This document shows, piece after piece, positions 19,206-28,841 of a stretch of DNA of 64,000 nt. Source of the DNA: Gemmatimonas sp. Lineage in GTDB: Bacteria > Gemmatimonadota > Gemmatimonadetes > Gemmatimonadales > Gemmatimonadaceae. How positions within the stretch are numbered: position 1 is the first letter of the stretch; every line of letters begins with the position of its first letter. A program made the translations under genes and the position numbers. The DNA lies in contig OZ257156.1 in the NCBI GenBank assembly GCA_965279375.1, forward strand, positions 3,136,001 to 3,200,000. The letters are read 5' to 3'. The notes under the pieces are model-generated. The model saw only the letters and a list, made by a program, of their open reading frames with translations, did no database searches and was not told where the DNA came from.

Positions 19206-20972
19206 ATGGCTCCGGACCCTCTCCTCGCCGTGCACAGCGCGACCGCCTCCCCGCCTCCGCATCTCGAGTCGTGGACGCTGCCGCCAGGATGGTCGTGGGG
19301 AAGCGAGGGGCTACTTCGTCAGCATCGCCACTACCAGGAAGTCATCGACGCGCTCGGTCGGTCGCTGTCGCTCGTGAGCTCGCCCGATGAAGCGAACGGT
19401 GCGTGGCTGTGGCACGAAGCACGGGCGCTTGCGCACCGCAACCATCCATCCATTCCGACGACCTATCACTACTGGGCGTCGTATCAGGAAAGCCGTCGTG
19501 GCCCGGGCTACCTGCGTCGCTGGATCGGCGGCGAAACGGTCTTCTCACGCGTCGCGCGACTAGGGCCGGAGTCCGTGCCGGTTGCTCTGTCCGTGCTGCG
19601 TGAAGCGGGGAGCACGCTGGCGTATCTGCACGATACCGGCAGCGCGCACGGCGACATCTCGGCCAACTCCATCTGGCTCACGCCCGGCGGTCGCCTGTGG
19701 TTGCTGGGTTGGGAGTGGGTGCTGCCGCGGGAGCAGATCCCGACTGGTGTGCGCCCGAGTCCCGAGTTCGCGCCGTGTCCCGCCGAGTGGGCCGACGGCG
19801 TGTGGACGCCGACGCCTGCGTCGGACCAATGGCAGTTGGCAGCGATGCTGTTCACGATGCTCACGGGTGAGACGCCGCCGGAACGCGACGTGCCGCCGTT
19901 GTCGTTGCTGCGCGCCGACTGCCCGCAGGCGCTGGCCACGGTGCTCGAGCGTGCCCTGAACCCCGACCCCGAGGCACGCTTCCCGTCGATCGCGGCGCTG
20001 CTGCGTGATCTCGATCGGCATGTCTCGGTGCGACAGGTGATGATCTCGCCGGAAGGGGATGAGTTGCCACCGGCGCTCGACACGGCGGACGCACGCCTGC
20101 GTTGGGCCACCGCCGACGACTACGAGATCCTGTCGCCGCTGGGTAGCGGCATGTTCGGAAGTGTGTGGCGTGCGCGTGACCTCTCACTTTCGCGTGAGGT
20201 CGCGATCAAGGTGCTGCACCCGCACATCGCCAAGGACGATGTCGCTGTTGCGCGCTTCCGTCGCGAGGCGCGCCTCGCGGCGCAGTTGGCACATCCGTCC
20301 ATCGTCCCGATCTACGACAGCGACAGCCGGGGCGACATCGTGTGGTACACGATGGAACTCGCCGAAGGCGGATCGGTGGCGAGCCTGATTTCGCGCAGCG
20401 GCCCACGTCCGTTCGAGGAGATCGCGCAGCAGGTCGATGATGTGCTCGAAGCGCTGATTGCCGCGCACGCGAGCGGGATCATTCATCGCGATCTCAAGCC
20501 CGAAAACATCCTGATCGATCGCTATCGGCGTTGGCGCATCGGCGATTTCGGTATCGCGTACGCGTTAGGAGAGGAGCGGGCCGGCACCTCCGGTACGCCG
20601 TCCTTCGCCGCGCCCGAACAGCTGCTGGGCGAGGCGCAGGGGCCGGCGACGGACTGCTTTGCGCTGGCCAGCATCGTCTACTTCGTGCTGACCGGACATC
20701 CGCCGTTTGGCGATGGACCCGGCGAAATGATCCTCGCGCAGCAGCTCTCCAACACGCTCGACGCTCGGTTGCTCGCCGACGGCTTCACCGATGCGATTGC
20801 GGCGTGGTTGCATCGCGGACTGGCGCCGCGCGTGGAAGATCGGTTCGAGGACGCCCAGGAGATGCGCCTGGGCTGGCGTCAGGTGGTGCGCAGCGTGCGT
20901 CGCGCCGAAGACCAGCGTCCGTGGTGGCGTCGCTTGATCGAGGGGCCGCAGGACGACGACGTCGTGGTGTGA
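19206..20972 (+). CDS. Ser/Thr protein kinase with N-terminal degenerate kinase-like domain
   Basis: C-domain LGSGMFG, VAIK, HRDLKPEN, DFG, APE; N-domain 'YLHDTGSAHGDISANSIW...LGWEW'. Confidence 0.88.
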   Translation: MAPDPLLAVHSATASPPPHLESWTLPPGWSWGSEGLLRQHRHYQEVIDALGRSLSLVSSPDEANGAWLWHEARALAHRNHPSIPTTYHYWASYQESRRGPGYLRRWIGGETVFSRVARLGPESVPVALSVLREAGSTLAYLHDTGSAHGDISANSIWLTPGGRLWLLGWEWVLPREQIPTGVRPSPEFAPCPAEWADGVWTPTPASDQWQLAAMLFTMLTGETPPERDVPPLSLLRADCPQALATVLERALNPDPEARFPSIAALLRDLDRHVSVRQVMISPEGDELPPALDTADARLRWATADDYEILSPLGSGMFGSVWRARDLSLSREVAIKVLHPHIAKDDVAVARFRREARLAAQLAHPSIVPIYDSDSRGDIVWYTMELAEGGSVASLISRSGPRPFEEIAQQVDDVLEALIAAHASGIIHRDLKPENILIDRYRRWRIGDFGIAYALGEERAGTSGTPSFAAPEQLLGEAQGPATDCFALASIVYFVLTGHPPFGDGPGEMILAQQLSNTLDARLLADGFTDAIAAWLHRGLAPRVEDRFEDAQEMRLGWRQVVRSVRRAEDQRPWWRRLIEGPQDDDVVV

Positions 20973-20978
20973 TTCGCC

Positions 20979-22370
20979 TCAGTGGCGAACCCGAATCGTC
21001 TTCTGGTTGGTGAACTCGCGAAAGCCGAGTGTGCCCAGCTCGCGTCCGACGCCGGACTGCTTGACGCCGCCGAACGGATAGCGCGGGTCGGAGACGACCA
21101 TGTCATTGATGAAGATCATGCCGGCGTCTAACGCTTCAATGCAGTAGGCCGCCTCGGCCGTATCGGTCGTCCACACACTGGCCCCGAGCCCGAACGGCGA
21201 GTCGTTGGCGCGTGCGATCGCCGCGGCCGTGTCCGACACCCGGAATACCGACGCCACCGGACCAAAGAGCTCCTCGTGCGCGGCAGGGGCATCCTCCGGA
21301 ATGTCCGCCAGCACCGTCGGCGCGTAGAAGAACCCGGGCAGCGAGTCGTCATCGCCGCCCACCAGCACACGCGCGCCACGTGACACCGAGTCACGCACTT
21401 GTGCGCGCAGTCCGTCGCGCACGCTCTCCGTCGCGATCGGACCGACGTCAGTGCGCTCGTCGCGCGGATCGCCCATGCGCACGGCGCGCATCCCCGCAGT
21501 GAACGCCTCGATGAACGCATCGTAAACGACATCGCACACGATGAACCGCTTGGCGGCCACACACGACTGTCCGGAGTTCACGGTGCGTGCGGTCACCGCG
21601 ACGGCGGCCGCACGCGCGACATCCGCGCTGGGCAACACGAGAAACGGATCGCTGCCACCCAGTTCGAGTACGACCTTCTTGAGGTGCGCTCCGGCGACGG
21701 ATGCCACATGGCGTCCAGCGCGATCGCTACCCGTCAGGGTGACGCCAACGATGCGCGCATCGGCGATGACGTCGTCGATCAGCTCATGCGCGAGAAACGC
21801 CGTGTGCAGTGGCGCGGGCGGCGTGTCCGTGTCGGTAGTCGCCGCGCGCGCCTCCTCGAAGCACACCTCGAGCAGTCGCGCGGCTCCGGGCACAGAGCCC
21901 GCCGGCTTGAGCAACACGCCGTTGCCCGCGAGGAGCGCGGGGACCGCGAAGCGCAGCGCCTGCCAGTACGGGAAATTCCACGGCATGATCGCGAGCACGC
22001 AGCCGAGCGGCGCATAACGAACGGTAACGGTCGCGGCGGCGTCGTTGACCGGCTGCTCGTCGGCGAGCGCCGACTCGGCGAGCGCGGGCGCGAGATCACA
22101 CAGCAGGGCGCACTTGTCCACCTCTCCACGAGCCGCGAGGATCGGCTTTCCCATCTCGAGCGAGAGTGCTTCGGCGAGCGCCTCCCGGTGCGCACGCAGC
22201 GATGCGCCGAGCGCGGTGACGAAGCGCGTGCGCGACTCCAGCGAGGCAGTGCGCCAGAGGAGCTGTTCGCTGTGCACGCGCGCGAGCAGCGTTTCGCGCT
22301 GAGCGGGGGTCAGGGAGGCGACTTCGTGGAGGAACTCGCCCGTGGCTGGATTGAACGCACGAAAGGTCAT
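20979..22370 (-). CDS. NAD(P)-dependent succinate-semialdehyde dehydrogenase-like ALDH
   Basis: IMPWNFP, LELGGSD, SGQSCVAAKR, EELFGPV, PFGGVKQSGVGRELG. Confidence 0.88.
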   Translation of the reverse strand: MTFRAFNPATGEFLHEVASLTPAQRETLLARVHSEQLLWRTASLESRTRFVTALGASLRAHREALAEALSLEMGKPILAARGEVDKCALLCDLAPALAESALADEQPVNDAAATVTVRYAPLGCVLAIMPWNFPYWQALRFAVPALLAGNGVLLKPAGSVPGAARLLEVCFEEARAATTDTDTPPAPLHTAFLAHELIDDVIADARIVGVTLTGSDRAGRHVASVAGAHLKKVVLELGGSDPFLVLPSADVARAAAVAVTARTVNSGQSCVAAKRFIVCDVVYDAFIEAFTAGMRAVRMGDPRDERTDVGPIATESVRDGLRAQVRDSVSRGARVLVGGDDDSLPGFFYAPTVLADIPEDAPAAHEELFGPVASVFRVSDTAAAIARANDSPFGLGASVWTTDTAEAAYCIEALDAGMIFINDMVVSDPRYPFGGVKQSGVGRELGTLGFREFTNQKTIRVRH

Positions 22371-22465
22371 GCACGAACGTCGGTGCAAGACCCGTGCACG
22401 GTCAAGCGCCGGTTGACCGTGCGCTCAGCCGTGGAGCATCTGCGCGCCCCACGGAACCACAGCGG

Positions 22466-23797
22466 TCAGGCGGCGTGCGTTGGGGAGTAGCTGGGAGCGG
22501 ACGCCGTCGCCGCGACGCCGACCGAGGCGGCCGCTCGTGCGATCGCGGCCAGGTCGGGGGGCAGCAGCGTCGTCGGTGAATGCATCGGGGCCGCATGCGA
22601 ACGAGACGGACGCTCCGGGCGCCGAACGCGCGTCTTTTCCGCAGCGACGGTCAGTTTGCGACGACGCTTGCGCGCGTAGAGGAGCTGGTCCGCGCGCGAC
22701 AACAGCTCGCTGAGCGAGGCATCGTCGGTGGGACGAACGCGCGTATAGCCGATGGTCAGCGAGAGCGGCGCCGGCAACTCGGCGCTCGCGTTGAGCAGGG
22801 CGATGCGCTCTTCGATACGGCGCTGAATGAGTCGCGCAGCGGCACCGTCGGCGTCGAGTGCCATGATTGTGAATTCGTCGCCACCCATCCGTGCCACCAC
22901 GTCGCAATCGCGAACGGTGCGACGCAGCAAGCGGCCGACCGCCGCGAGCGCCTTGTCGCCGACCGCGTGGCCATGCGTGTCGTTGAGCTGCTTGAAGTCA
23001 TCCATGTCCACGTACAGCAGCACGGCGTCCTTTTCCTGACGACGTGCGATGCGCAGGTGCTGTTCGGCGAGGGTGAGGAACCCGCGCCGATTGTAGAGCA
23101 TCGTGAGATGATCCGTGAGCGAGGCGCGACGCAGGCGCAGCTCCTCGCGCTTGCGGGCCGAAATGTCGCGGATGGTGACGGCAACACCGTCCGCCGTCGG
23201 TACTGCCTGATGCAGGAGCCATGATGCCGCGAAGCGGCGCGGGTCCACGCGCACGTCTTCCACGAGCGGCGCATTGAGCGCGATCGCGTCGGCGTACTGC
23301 TCGAGCAGGGGCGTGGCGACGGCGAACGGAAAGTCGCGCTGGAGTCGGCGTCCGACCAGTTGATCGTGTGTGGAGCGCATCAGCCGTGCTGCCGTTGGAT
23401 TGACGTCGGTGACCACGAAGTCTGTCACCTCGCCCGCGTCGTTCCGCAGCGCGCGCAGCAGGAACACGCCGTCAGCGCTGGCATGCATGGCGTCGTGCAG
23501 ACGGCGCACCTGCTGACGCAGGGCCAGTTCATCGTCGCCGCGTCGCGCGGTGTCTCGCTTGAGCAGCCACCAACCGGTGAGGGCCAGGGCAAGCGCGAGG
23601 GCGCTCATCAGCGGTGCCGCATCGAGCAGCGACAGAAAGCCCGCTTCGACCGAGTGCGACGCGGTAGCGGCAAGCGGACCCCCCGCCCGCGCCGTACTGG
23701 CGCGTGCGACGTCACCGAGAGACGCGAGTCCACCGGTAATTGCCATGACGGCAAGCGCTCCCCAAAAGGTGGCGCGCGAAGCGAGTCGATCGAACAT
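22466..23797 (-). CDS. Membrane-anchored PAS-GGDEF diguanylate cyclase
   Basis: DHLTMLYNRR, DMDDFKQLNDTHGHAVGD, I-site RDCD, RMGGDEF. Confidence 0.92.
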   Translation of the reverse strand: MFDRLASRATFWGALAVMAITGGLASLGDVARASTARAGGPLAATASHSVEAGFLSLLDAAPLMSALALALALTGWWLLKRDTARRGDDELALRQQVRRLHDAMHASADGVFLLRALRNDAGEVTDFVVTDVNPTAARLMRSTHDQLVGRRLQRDFPFAVATPLLEQYADAIALNAPLVEDVRVDPRRFAASWLLHQAVPTADGVAVTIRDISARKREELRLRRASLTDHLTMLYNRRGFLTLAEQHLRIARRQEKDAVLLYVDMDDFKQLNDTHGHAVGDKALAAVGRLLRRTVRDCDVVARMGGDEFTIMALDADGAAARLIQRRIEERIALLNASAELPAPLSLTIGYTRVRPTDDASLSELLSRADQLLYARKRRRKLTVAAEKTRVRRPERPSRSHAAPMHSPTTLLPPDLAAIARAAASVGVAATASAPSYSPTHAA

Positions 23798-23893
23798 GAC
23801 GGATCAGGGTTGGTGCCATTCTGGAAAGATCGAGGCCAGCGTCGGGTCGATCGGTCCTTGCCCCCGCACTGGGGGTCGCTGGAGGAGGGAAAG

Positions 23894-23908
23894 GCAACGT
23901 CTATGCCA
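23894..23908 (-). promoter_or_regulatory. sigma54 (-24/-12) promoter of the diguanylate cyclase gene
   Basis: Minus strand TGGCATAGACGTTGC = TGGCA..., GG-N10-GC, about 100 bp upstream of ATG 23797. Confidence 0.7.
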
Positions 23909-23960
23909 TGCTCATCCATTCGACCCCGTCCGCCATTGCGCGAGTCGGGTCATTGCGGAC

Positions 23961-23987
23961 GTAAGCAATTTTACCACAAGCGTTTAC
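23961..23987. promoter_or_regulatory. Putative IHF-like site upstream of the sigma54 promoter
   Basis: AT-rich gtaagcaattttaccacaagcgtttac containing CAA-N4-TTA (23977-23986). Confidence 0.4.
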
Positions 23988-24026
23988 ATCGAAAGCGTCC
24001 GGCCCTCGTTCACATCGCGTCCAGAC

Positions 24027-24072
24027 AAAACGCCCTCCGTAGCACCCGATAGCAAAGGCGATACGGAGGGCG
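24027..24072 (-). terminator. Intrinsic terminator after actP
   Basis: 11-bp arms cgccctccgta / tacggagggcg followed by TTTT on the minus strand. Confidence 0.6.
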
Positions 24073-24123
24073 GATTTCGACCTGTCCCTACCGAAACTGA
24101 CCGGCAAAAATGGCCGGTATGCC

Positions 24124-25719
24124 TCAGTCCGCGCCCAGCAGCAAGCGCTTTTCGAGCGCGGCATAGCGCGCCGCACCATCGCGGTCGGGGAAGAGCAGGG
24201 AGACCACGACGCCCACTGCGAACGAAAGCGGGATGGAGACCAGCGCCGGGTTCTTGAGGGGAAAGAGGGCGCTGGTGTGGTGCAGCAGGTCGATCTGCAC
24301 CGCGGGGGAGAGCGTGATCAGCGCGAGCGTGGCCACCGTGCCCGTGACCATGCTGGTGGCCGCGCCAACCGTGCTGGTGCGGCGCCAGAAGACGCTCAGG
24401 ACCAGCGCGGGGAAGTTGGCGCTGGCGGCGATCGCGAACGCCAGCCCGACCATAAAGGCAACGTTCTGTCCTTTGAAGAGGATGCCGAGCGACATGGCGA
24501 TGAGGGCAAGCGCAATCGTGGCGATGCGCGCGACGAGCAACTCTTCGCCCGGTTTCGGTTTGCCGCGCCGGACCACCGACGACCAGAGGTCGTGCGAGAT
24601 GGCCGCTGCGCCGGAGAGCGCGAGACCGGCAACGACAGCCAGGATGGTTGCAAATGCCACCGCGGCGATGAACCCCAGGAACGGCCGCCCACCCAGCAGC
24701 TGGGCCAGCATCGGCGCCGCCATGTTGCCGCCCGCATCGACCGCCTTGATGGCGGAGGGGCCGACGAGCACCATGGCGCCAAATCCCAGTACAAACGTCA
24801 TCAGATAGAAGAGGCCAATGAGTCCCGTGGCGATGAAGACCGACTGCCGCGCCGCCCGCGCATCGGGCACCGTGTAGAAGCGCATCAGGATGTGCGGCAG
24901 CCCCGCCGTGCCGAACATCAGCGCGAGACCGAGCGAGATGGCATCGAGCGGGTTGGACACCAGCTTGCCCGGTGCCAGCACCCCGGCGCCGTACTGCGCC
25001 GCAGCCTGCGCGAAGAGTTCCCGTGGATCGAAGTGGAAGCGTGCGAGCACCATCAGGGCGAGTGCCGCCGCGCCACCGAGGAGCAAAACGGCCTTGACGA
25101 TCTGCACCCACGTGGTGGCCAGCATGCCGCCAAAGAGCACGTACGCCATCATCGCGAAGCCCACGATGACCACGGCCAGTTCGTACGGAATGCCGAACAG
25201 CAGCTTGATCAACCCACCCGCGCCGACCATCTGGGCGATGAGATAGAACGCGATGGTGGCCAACGTGCCGCAGGCGGCGGCGATGCGCACCGGGATCGGA
25301 TTGAGGCGCGCGGCGACGACGTCGGCAAAGGTGTAGCGCCCGAGGTTGCGCAGCGGCTCGGCGATGAGAAAGAGCACCACCGGCCAGCCGACGAGCCACC
25401 CGGTGGAGTAGATCAGCCCATCGAAGCCGCTCGTGGACACGAGACCGGCGATGCCCAGGAACGACGCGGCGCTCATGTAGTCGCCGGCGAGAGCGATGCC
25501 GTTCTGGCCAGCGGTGACACTGCGTCCGGCGGCGTAGAAGTCTTCGGTGCTGCTGGTGCGACGTGCGGCCCAGTACGTGATGGCCAGCGTCAGCGTGATG
25601 AAGCCGGCAAAGAACGCGATCGCGACCGAATCGGGCGTACCGATTCCCGATGGAGCGGCGCTTGGCGCGGCGGCGGGTGCGGCGGTCGCTTGCAGCAGAG
25701 CAAGGAGGATGGCGCGCAT
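24124..25719 (-). CDS. actP: Cation/acetate symporter ActP (SSS family)
   Basis: 'QNGIALAGDYMSAASFLGI', 'GTAGLPHILMRFYTVP'; paired with DUF485. Confidence 0.92.
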   Translation of the reverse strand: MRAILLALLQATAAPAAAPSAAPSGIGTPDSVAIAFFAGFITLTLAITYWAARRTSSTEDFYAAGRSVTAGQNGIALAGDYMSAASFLGIAGLVSTSGFDGLIYSTGWLVGWPVVLFLIAEPLRNLGRYTFADVVAARLNPIPVRIAAACGTLATIAFYLIAQMVGAGGLIKLLFGIPYELAVVIVGFAMMAYVLFGGMLATTWVQIVKAVLLLGGAAALALMVLARFHFDPRELFAQAAAQYGAGVLAPGKLVSNPLDAISLGLALMFGTAGLPHILMRFYTVPDARAARQSVFIATGLIGLFYLMTFVLGFGAMVLVGPSAIKAVDAGGNMAAPMLAQLLGGRPFLGFIAAVAFATILAVVAGLALSGAAAISHDLWSSVVRRGKPKPGEELLVARIATIALALIAMSLGILFKGQNVAFMVGLAFAIAASANFPALVLSVFWRRTSTVGAATSMVTGTVATLALITLSPAVQIDLLHHTSALFPLKNPALVSIPLSFAVGVVVSLLFPDRDGAARYAALEKRLLLGAD

Positions 25720-26018
25720 CAGGCCTCGCGCTCATGGTGCGCGCGAAGGGCCGCGAGCGCCGGGTCATAGACGCGATTGGCCCAGCGCACATACACGTAG
25801 GTAAGCAGCCACGCAGCGACGATCACGGAAGCGCCCAGAACGATGCCGAGCGATAGACCGTCCTGCGGCTGACGCGCCAAGATCGCCGGCGCGTACGCCA
25901 CCAGCGCGATGAACCCGAAGTAGACGCAGACCATCAGCACGGTGAGCGTCGCGGCAATGCGCCATCGGCGCACCGCCAGCACGCGTGTCGCGGCGGCCGC
26001 ATTGGAGGAAGTGGTCAT
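25719..26018 (-). CDS. DUF485 (YjcH-like) small membrane protein
   Basis: Two TMs, 'YVRWANRVYDP'; stop overlaps actP start. Confidence 0.88.
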   Translation of the reverse strand: MTTSSNAAAATRVLAVRRWRIAATLTVLMVCVYFGFIALVAYAPAILARQPQDGLSLGIVLGASVIVAAWLLTYVYVRWANRVYDPALAALRAHHEREA

Positions 26019-26129
26019 GGCGCGCGAAGGTACGGCTGGTGCAGCGGGTTGCAAAGCCCGGCATCCCTTTCGGGGTGTACTGCGTCATATTCGACGGACG
26101 CTCACACTTTCACCCTCGTTCCGAAGACT

Positions 26130-26567
26130 GTGACGCAACGCATGGGAATCGCGCTGGGGAGTCTGATCTCCGGCATTGTCGCCCTGTATCTGCACCTGTG
26201 GAAGCTCGGTCTGACCGGCTCGCTCGTCTGCACCGGCAGTGGCGGCTGCGAGTATGTGCAGGGGAGCCCCTACGGCTGGTTCCTCGGCGTGGACGTCGCG
26301 CTGATTGGCACGGTGGGCTACACGCTGCTCTTCATTGCGGCGGTCATCGGCACGCTGCCCAAGTACGAGGACGAGCGCTGGCCCAATCTGTTGATGCAGG
26401 CGCTGATCTGGCCGGCGGTGCTCTTCACGGTACGCCTCAAGTACGGCGAATTCATCGTGCTCAAGAGCTTCTGCCCGTGGTGCGCGATCTCGGCGGTCAC
26501 CATCGCAACCTGCGCCGTGTTGATCACATTCGACAAGCGCCGTCTGGATCGACTGCAGGCCGCGTAA
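26130..26567 (+). CDS. Vitamin K epoxide reductase (VKOR) family protein
   Basis: Loop cysteines CTGSGGC, 'S.YG.FLG', active-site CPWC, 4 TMs; start GTG 26130 or ATG 26142. Confidence 0.88.
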   Translation: MTQRMGIALGSLISGIVALYLHLWKLGLTGSLVCTGSGGCEYVQGSPYGWFLGVDVALIGTVGYTLLFIAAVIGTLPKYEDERWPNLLMQALIWPAVLFTVRLKYGEFIVLKSFCPWCAISAVTIATCAVLITFDKRRLDRLQAA

Positions 26568-26603
26568 AGAGCGCAGCGCGACGTCGAGCGAGTCGCGTGT
26601 GGT

Positions 26604-27347
26604 CTACTTCGCCGATGACGGCGTGTCGGCGTCGCCGACCATCACGGCGTACCAGTGCTCGAGCACCTGCCGGATGGGGTAGCCCGGCATCGTCTGCACC
26701 ACTCGCCCGTTGCGGTCGATCGCCACGAAGGTCGGTGTGCCTGGATAGCGGAATGTCAGCAACACCTGATCGGAGCTCCCCGCCGGCCCGATCATCTCCA
26801 CGCCGGTCAGTCCTTCCTTCGCCAGCATCGGAATGCCCTCGGCGGCGCCCTCGAGCGTGAGCAGCTTGAGGCGGGGCAGCGGTCGGCCGGCGGACATCTC
26901 GCCCAGGTCTTTGAGCGTGCGCTTGCACCAGCTACACGTCCGCGAGCTGACCATCACGATCGCCGGCTGTCCCTTCGTGGCGAGTGGGACGAGTTTCCCC
27001 TGCAGATTCCGCACGTTGAACGCGCCGAGTGCCTGACCGGCGCTTGGTGCCGTCTGCGGCGCCGTGTCAGCGCTGAGCGACCCGCGCGGATCGGCGCCGG
27101 TACGCGGTGCTAGATTCGCCGAGGCGGATTGAGACGCGGATTGCGAAGCAGCCGACGGCGCGCGCTCAAGGGCGTCGGCACGGCGGTGATCGAGGCTGCG
27201 TTTCGCCACTGCAGCCGTGGTGCCGACGGTGAGTACCACGGCGAGCAGTTGACCCACCGTTGCCGCCCCACGACGCACGCGGAGTCGGGCGGACAGCAGC
27301 GAGAGTACCGATCGCTTGGGCGTGATGGACCCACGAGGACGAGGCAT
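26604..27347 (-). CDS. Membrane-anchored thioredoxin-fold protein (TlpA/ResA-like)
   Basis: CSWC motif, cis-Pro 'GTPTFVAIDRNGRV'; true start probably internal. Confidence 0.75.
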   Translation of the reverse strand: MPRPRGSITPKRSVLSLLSARLRVRRGAATVGQLLAVVLTVGTTAAVAKRSLDHRRADALERAPSAASQSASQSASANLAPRTGADPRGSLSADTAPQTAPSAGQALGAFNVRNLQGKLVPLATKGQPAIVMVSSRTCSWCKRTLKDLGEMSAGRPLPRLKLLTLEGAAEGIPMLAKEGLTGVEMIGPAGSSDQVLLTFRYPGTPTFVAIDRNGRVVQTMPGYPIRQVLEHWYAVMVGDADTPSSAK

Positions 27348-28149
27348 GATGAATGATCACCCGGAGTCGGGGCCGATGGTAGCGCCGGAGCTCCGGCTGG
27401 GCGACCTCGACGTCGAGGCGCACCTGCGCGACCCGGCGCGGAAGCAGGCGTTCGTGACGCCGATGTTCGACATCATCGCCCCGCGCTACGACGCATTCAC
27501 GCGCCTGTTTTCCTTCGGGATGGATGCGTCGTGGAAGCGCGAGGCGCTGGCGGCGATCACGCGATCTGCCGTTGGCATTCGACAGGCGCTCGACCTCGCG
27601 AGCGGGACCGGGGACATCGCCTTTGCCATCGCCCGCGCATTTCCCGGTGCCGCCGTCATCGCGCTCGATGCGTCCCCCCGCATGATCGACGAGGCTAACG
27701 CTCGGCTGAGGGATGCCGCACGCGACGTGGCCGATCGTGTGTCGACGCAGGTCGGGGACATGTGTGCGCTACCCGTGCCGACCGCGACCATGGACCTACT
27801 GACCGCTGGTTACGGTGTGAGGAACGTGCCCGATCCGGCGCAGGCGGTGCGAGAAATGGCGCGCGTGCTCAAGCCGGGCGCGCTGCTGGTGACGCTCGAC
27901 TTCTACCGTCCGGCGTTCGCGCCGTGGCGTGCGCTGCTGCTCTGGTATCTGTCCGTCGCGGGCAACGCGGTGGGCTGGTGGTGGCACCGCGATCCGATCG
28001 TGTACGGCTACATCGCGCGCAGCATCGACCACTTCATGAGTTGGCAGGACTTCAGCGCACTGCTCGAGCGGGAAGGCTTTCGTGTGGAGCGTGTGACGCG
28101 CCACCTGGGCGGCGGTATCGCGCTCCATCAGGCCCGACGACTTGACTAA
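27346..28149 (+). CDS. UbiE/MenG-family quinone C-methyltransferase
   Basis: 'MFDIIAPRYD...LFSFGMD..WK', LDLASGTGD, 'YGVRNV', 'RVLKPG'. Confidence 0.85.
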   Translation: MMNDHPESGPMVAPELRLGDLDVEAHLRDPARKQAFVTPMFDIIAPRYDAFTRLFSFGMDASWKREALAAITRSAVGIRQALDLASGTGDIAFAIARAFPGAAVIALDASPRMIDEANARLRDAARDVADRVSTQVGDMCALPVPTATMDLLTAGYGVRNVPDPAQAVREMARVLKPGALLVTLDFYRPAFAPWRALLLWYLSVAGNAVGWWWHRDPIVYGYIARSIDHFMSWQDFSALLEREGFRVERVTRHLGGGIALHQARRLD

Positions 28150-28841
28150 CCCGCTGTTGCAGTCGACCGCGCCACGGACACGATCCATTCCGCGTCGGTA
28201 CGCCAATGCGCTTCCACGACGACGTTCGTATTCGCGAATTCCGGAAGCAGGAGCGTGACGTTCGCGCCGCCGTCGTCCAGCACATCGACCTCTACTTCGG
28301 TGAAGCGCACATAGCGCTGCACGATCGGGTCGATCGCCTTGTAGATCGCTTCCTTGAGCGAGAAACGCAGCAGGGTGGCGTCGCGGTGGGCGAGTGCGTC
28401 GAGACCGTCGAGCGCGACGAGTTCGCGCGGCGTCAGAATACGGGTCGCAATCGATGGACGCTCGGCGTCGATGGGGCGCGCCCGCCGCTCGAGGTCCACA
28501 CCGAGATGTCCCGCCACACCGATGCCGGCAATGGCAATCGCGCGCGTCTGCTTGTGCGAGATGGACCCGGCCAGTCCCGCTGGCAGCGTTGGTGCGCCGC
28601 GCGCTGTTTGCAGCAAAGGCGCCACCGTCGCATCGGGCGCGGCCAGTCTGATCGCCTCGCGCAGCGCGGCGCGACCTGCGACGAACGCAGCGCGCCGCAC
28701 TGGATGCATCGTGTCGGCGAGCTGTCGCTCCTCGAGCGCGAGCTGCACGTCGTCTTGTGCGGGTATTGGATGCAGCGCGAGTGCCGTCTCTGCCCAGGGC
28801 GTGCTCCATGGCGCGTTCCATTCACTACGCGACGCGCTCAC
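28146..28841 (-). CDS. 4'-phosphopantetheinyl transferase (EntD/Sfp-like)
   Basis: 'FVAGRAALR', 'GSISHK', 'GVDLE', 'FSLKEAIYKA'. Confidence 0.88.
   Translation of the reverse strand: MSASRSEWNAPWSTPWAETALALHPIPAQDDVQLALEERQLADTMHPVRRAAFVAGRAALREAIRLAAPDATVAPLLQTARGAPTLPAGLAGSISHKQTRAIAIAGIGVAGHLGVDLERRARPIDAERPSIATRILTPRELVALDGLDALAHRDATLLRFSLKEAIYKAIDPIVQRYVRFTEVEVDVLDDGGANVTLLLPEFANTNVVVEAHWRTDAEWIVSVARSTATAG

Noticed and set aside
23984..25792. 602-aa alternative-frame ORF and 497-aa antisense ORF over actP
   Set aside because: Arg/Ala/Gly-rich frame artefacts; actP explains the region.
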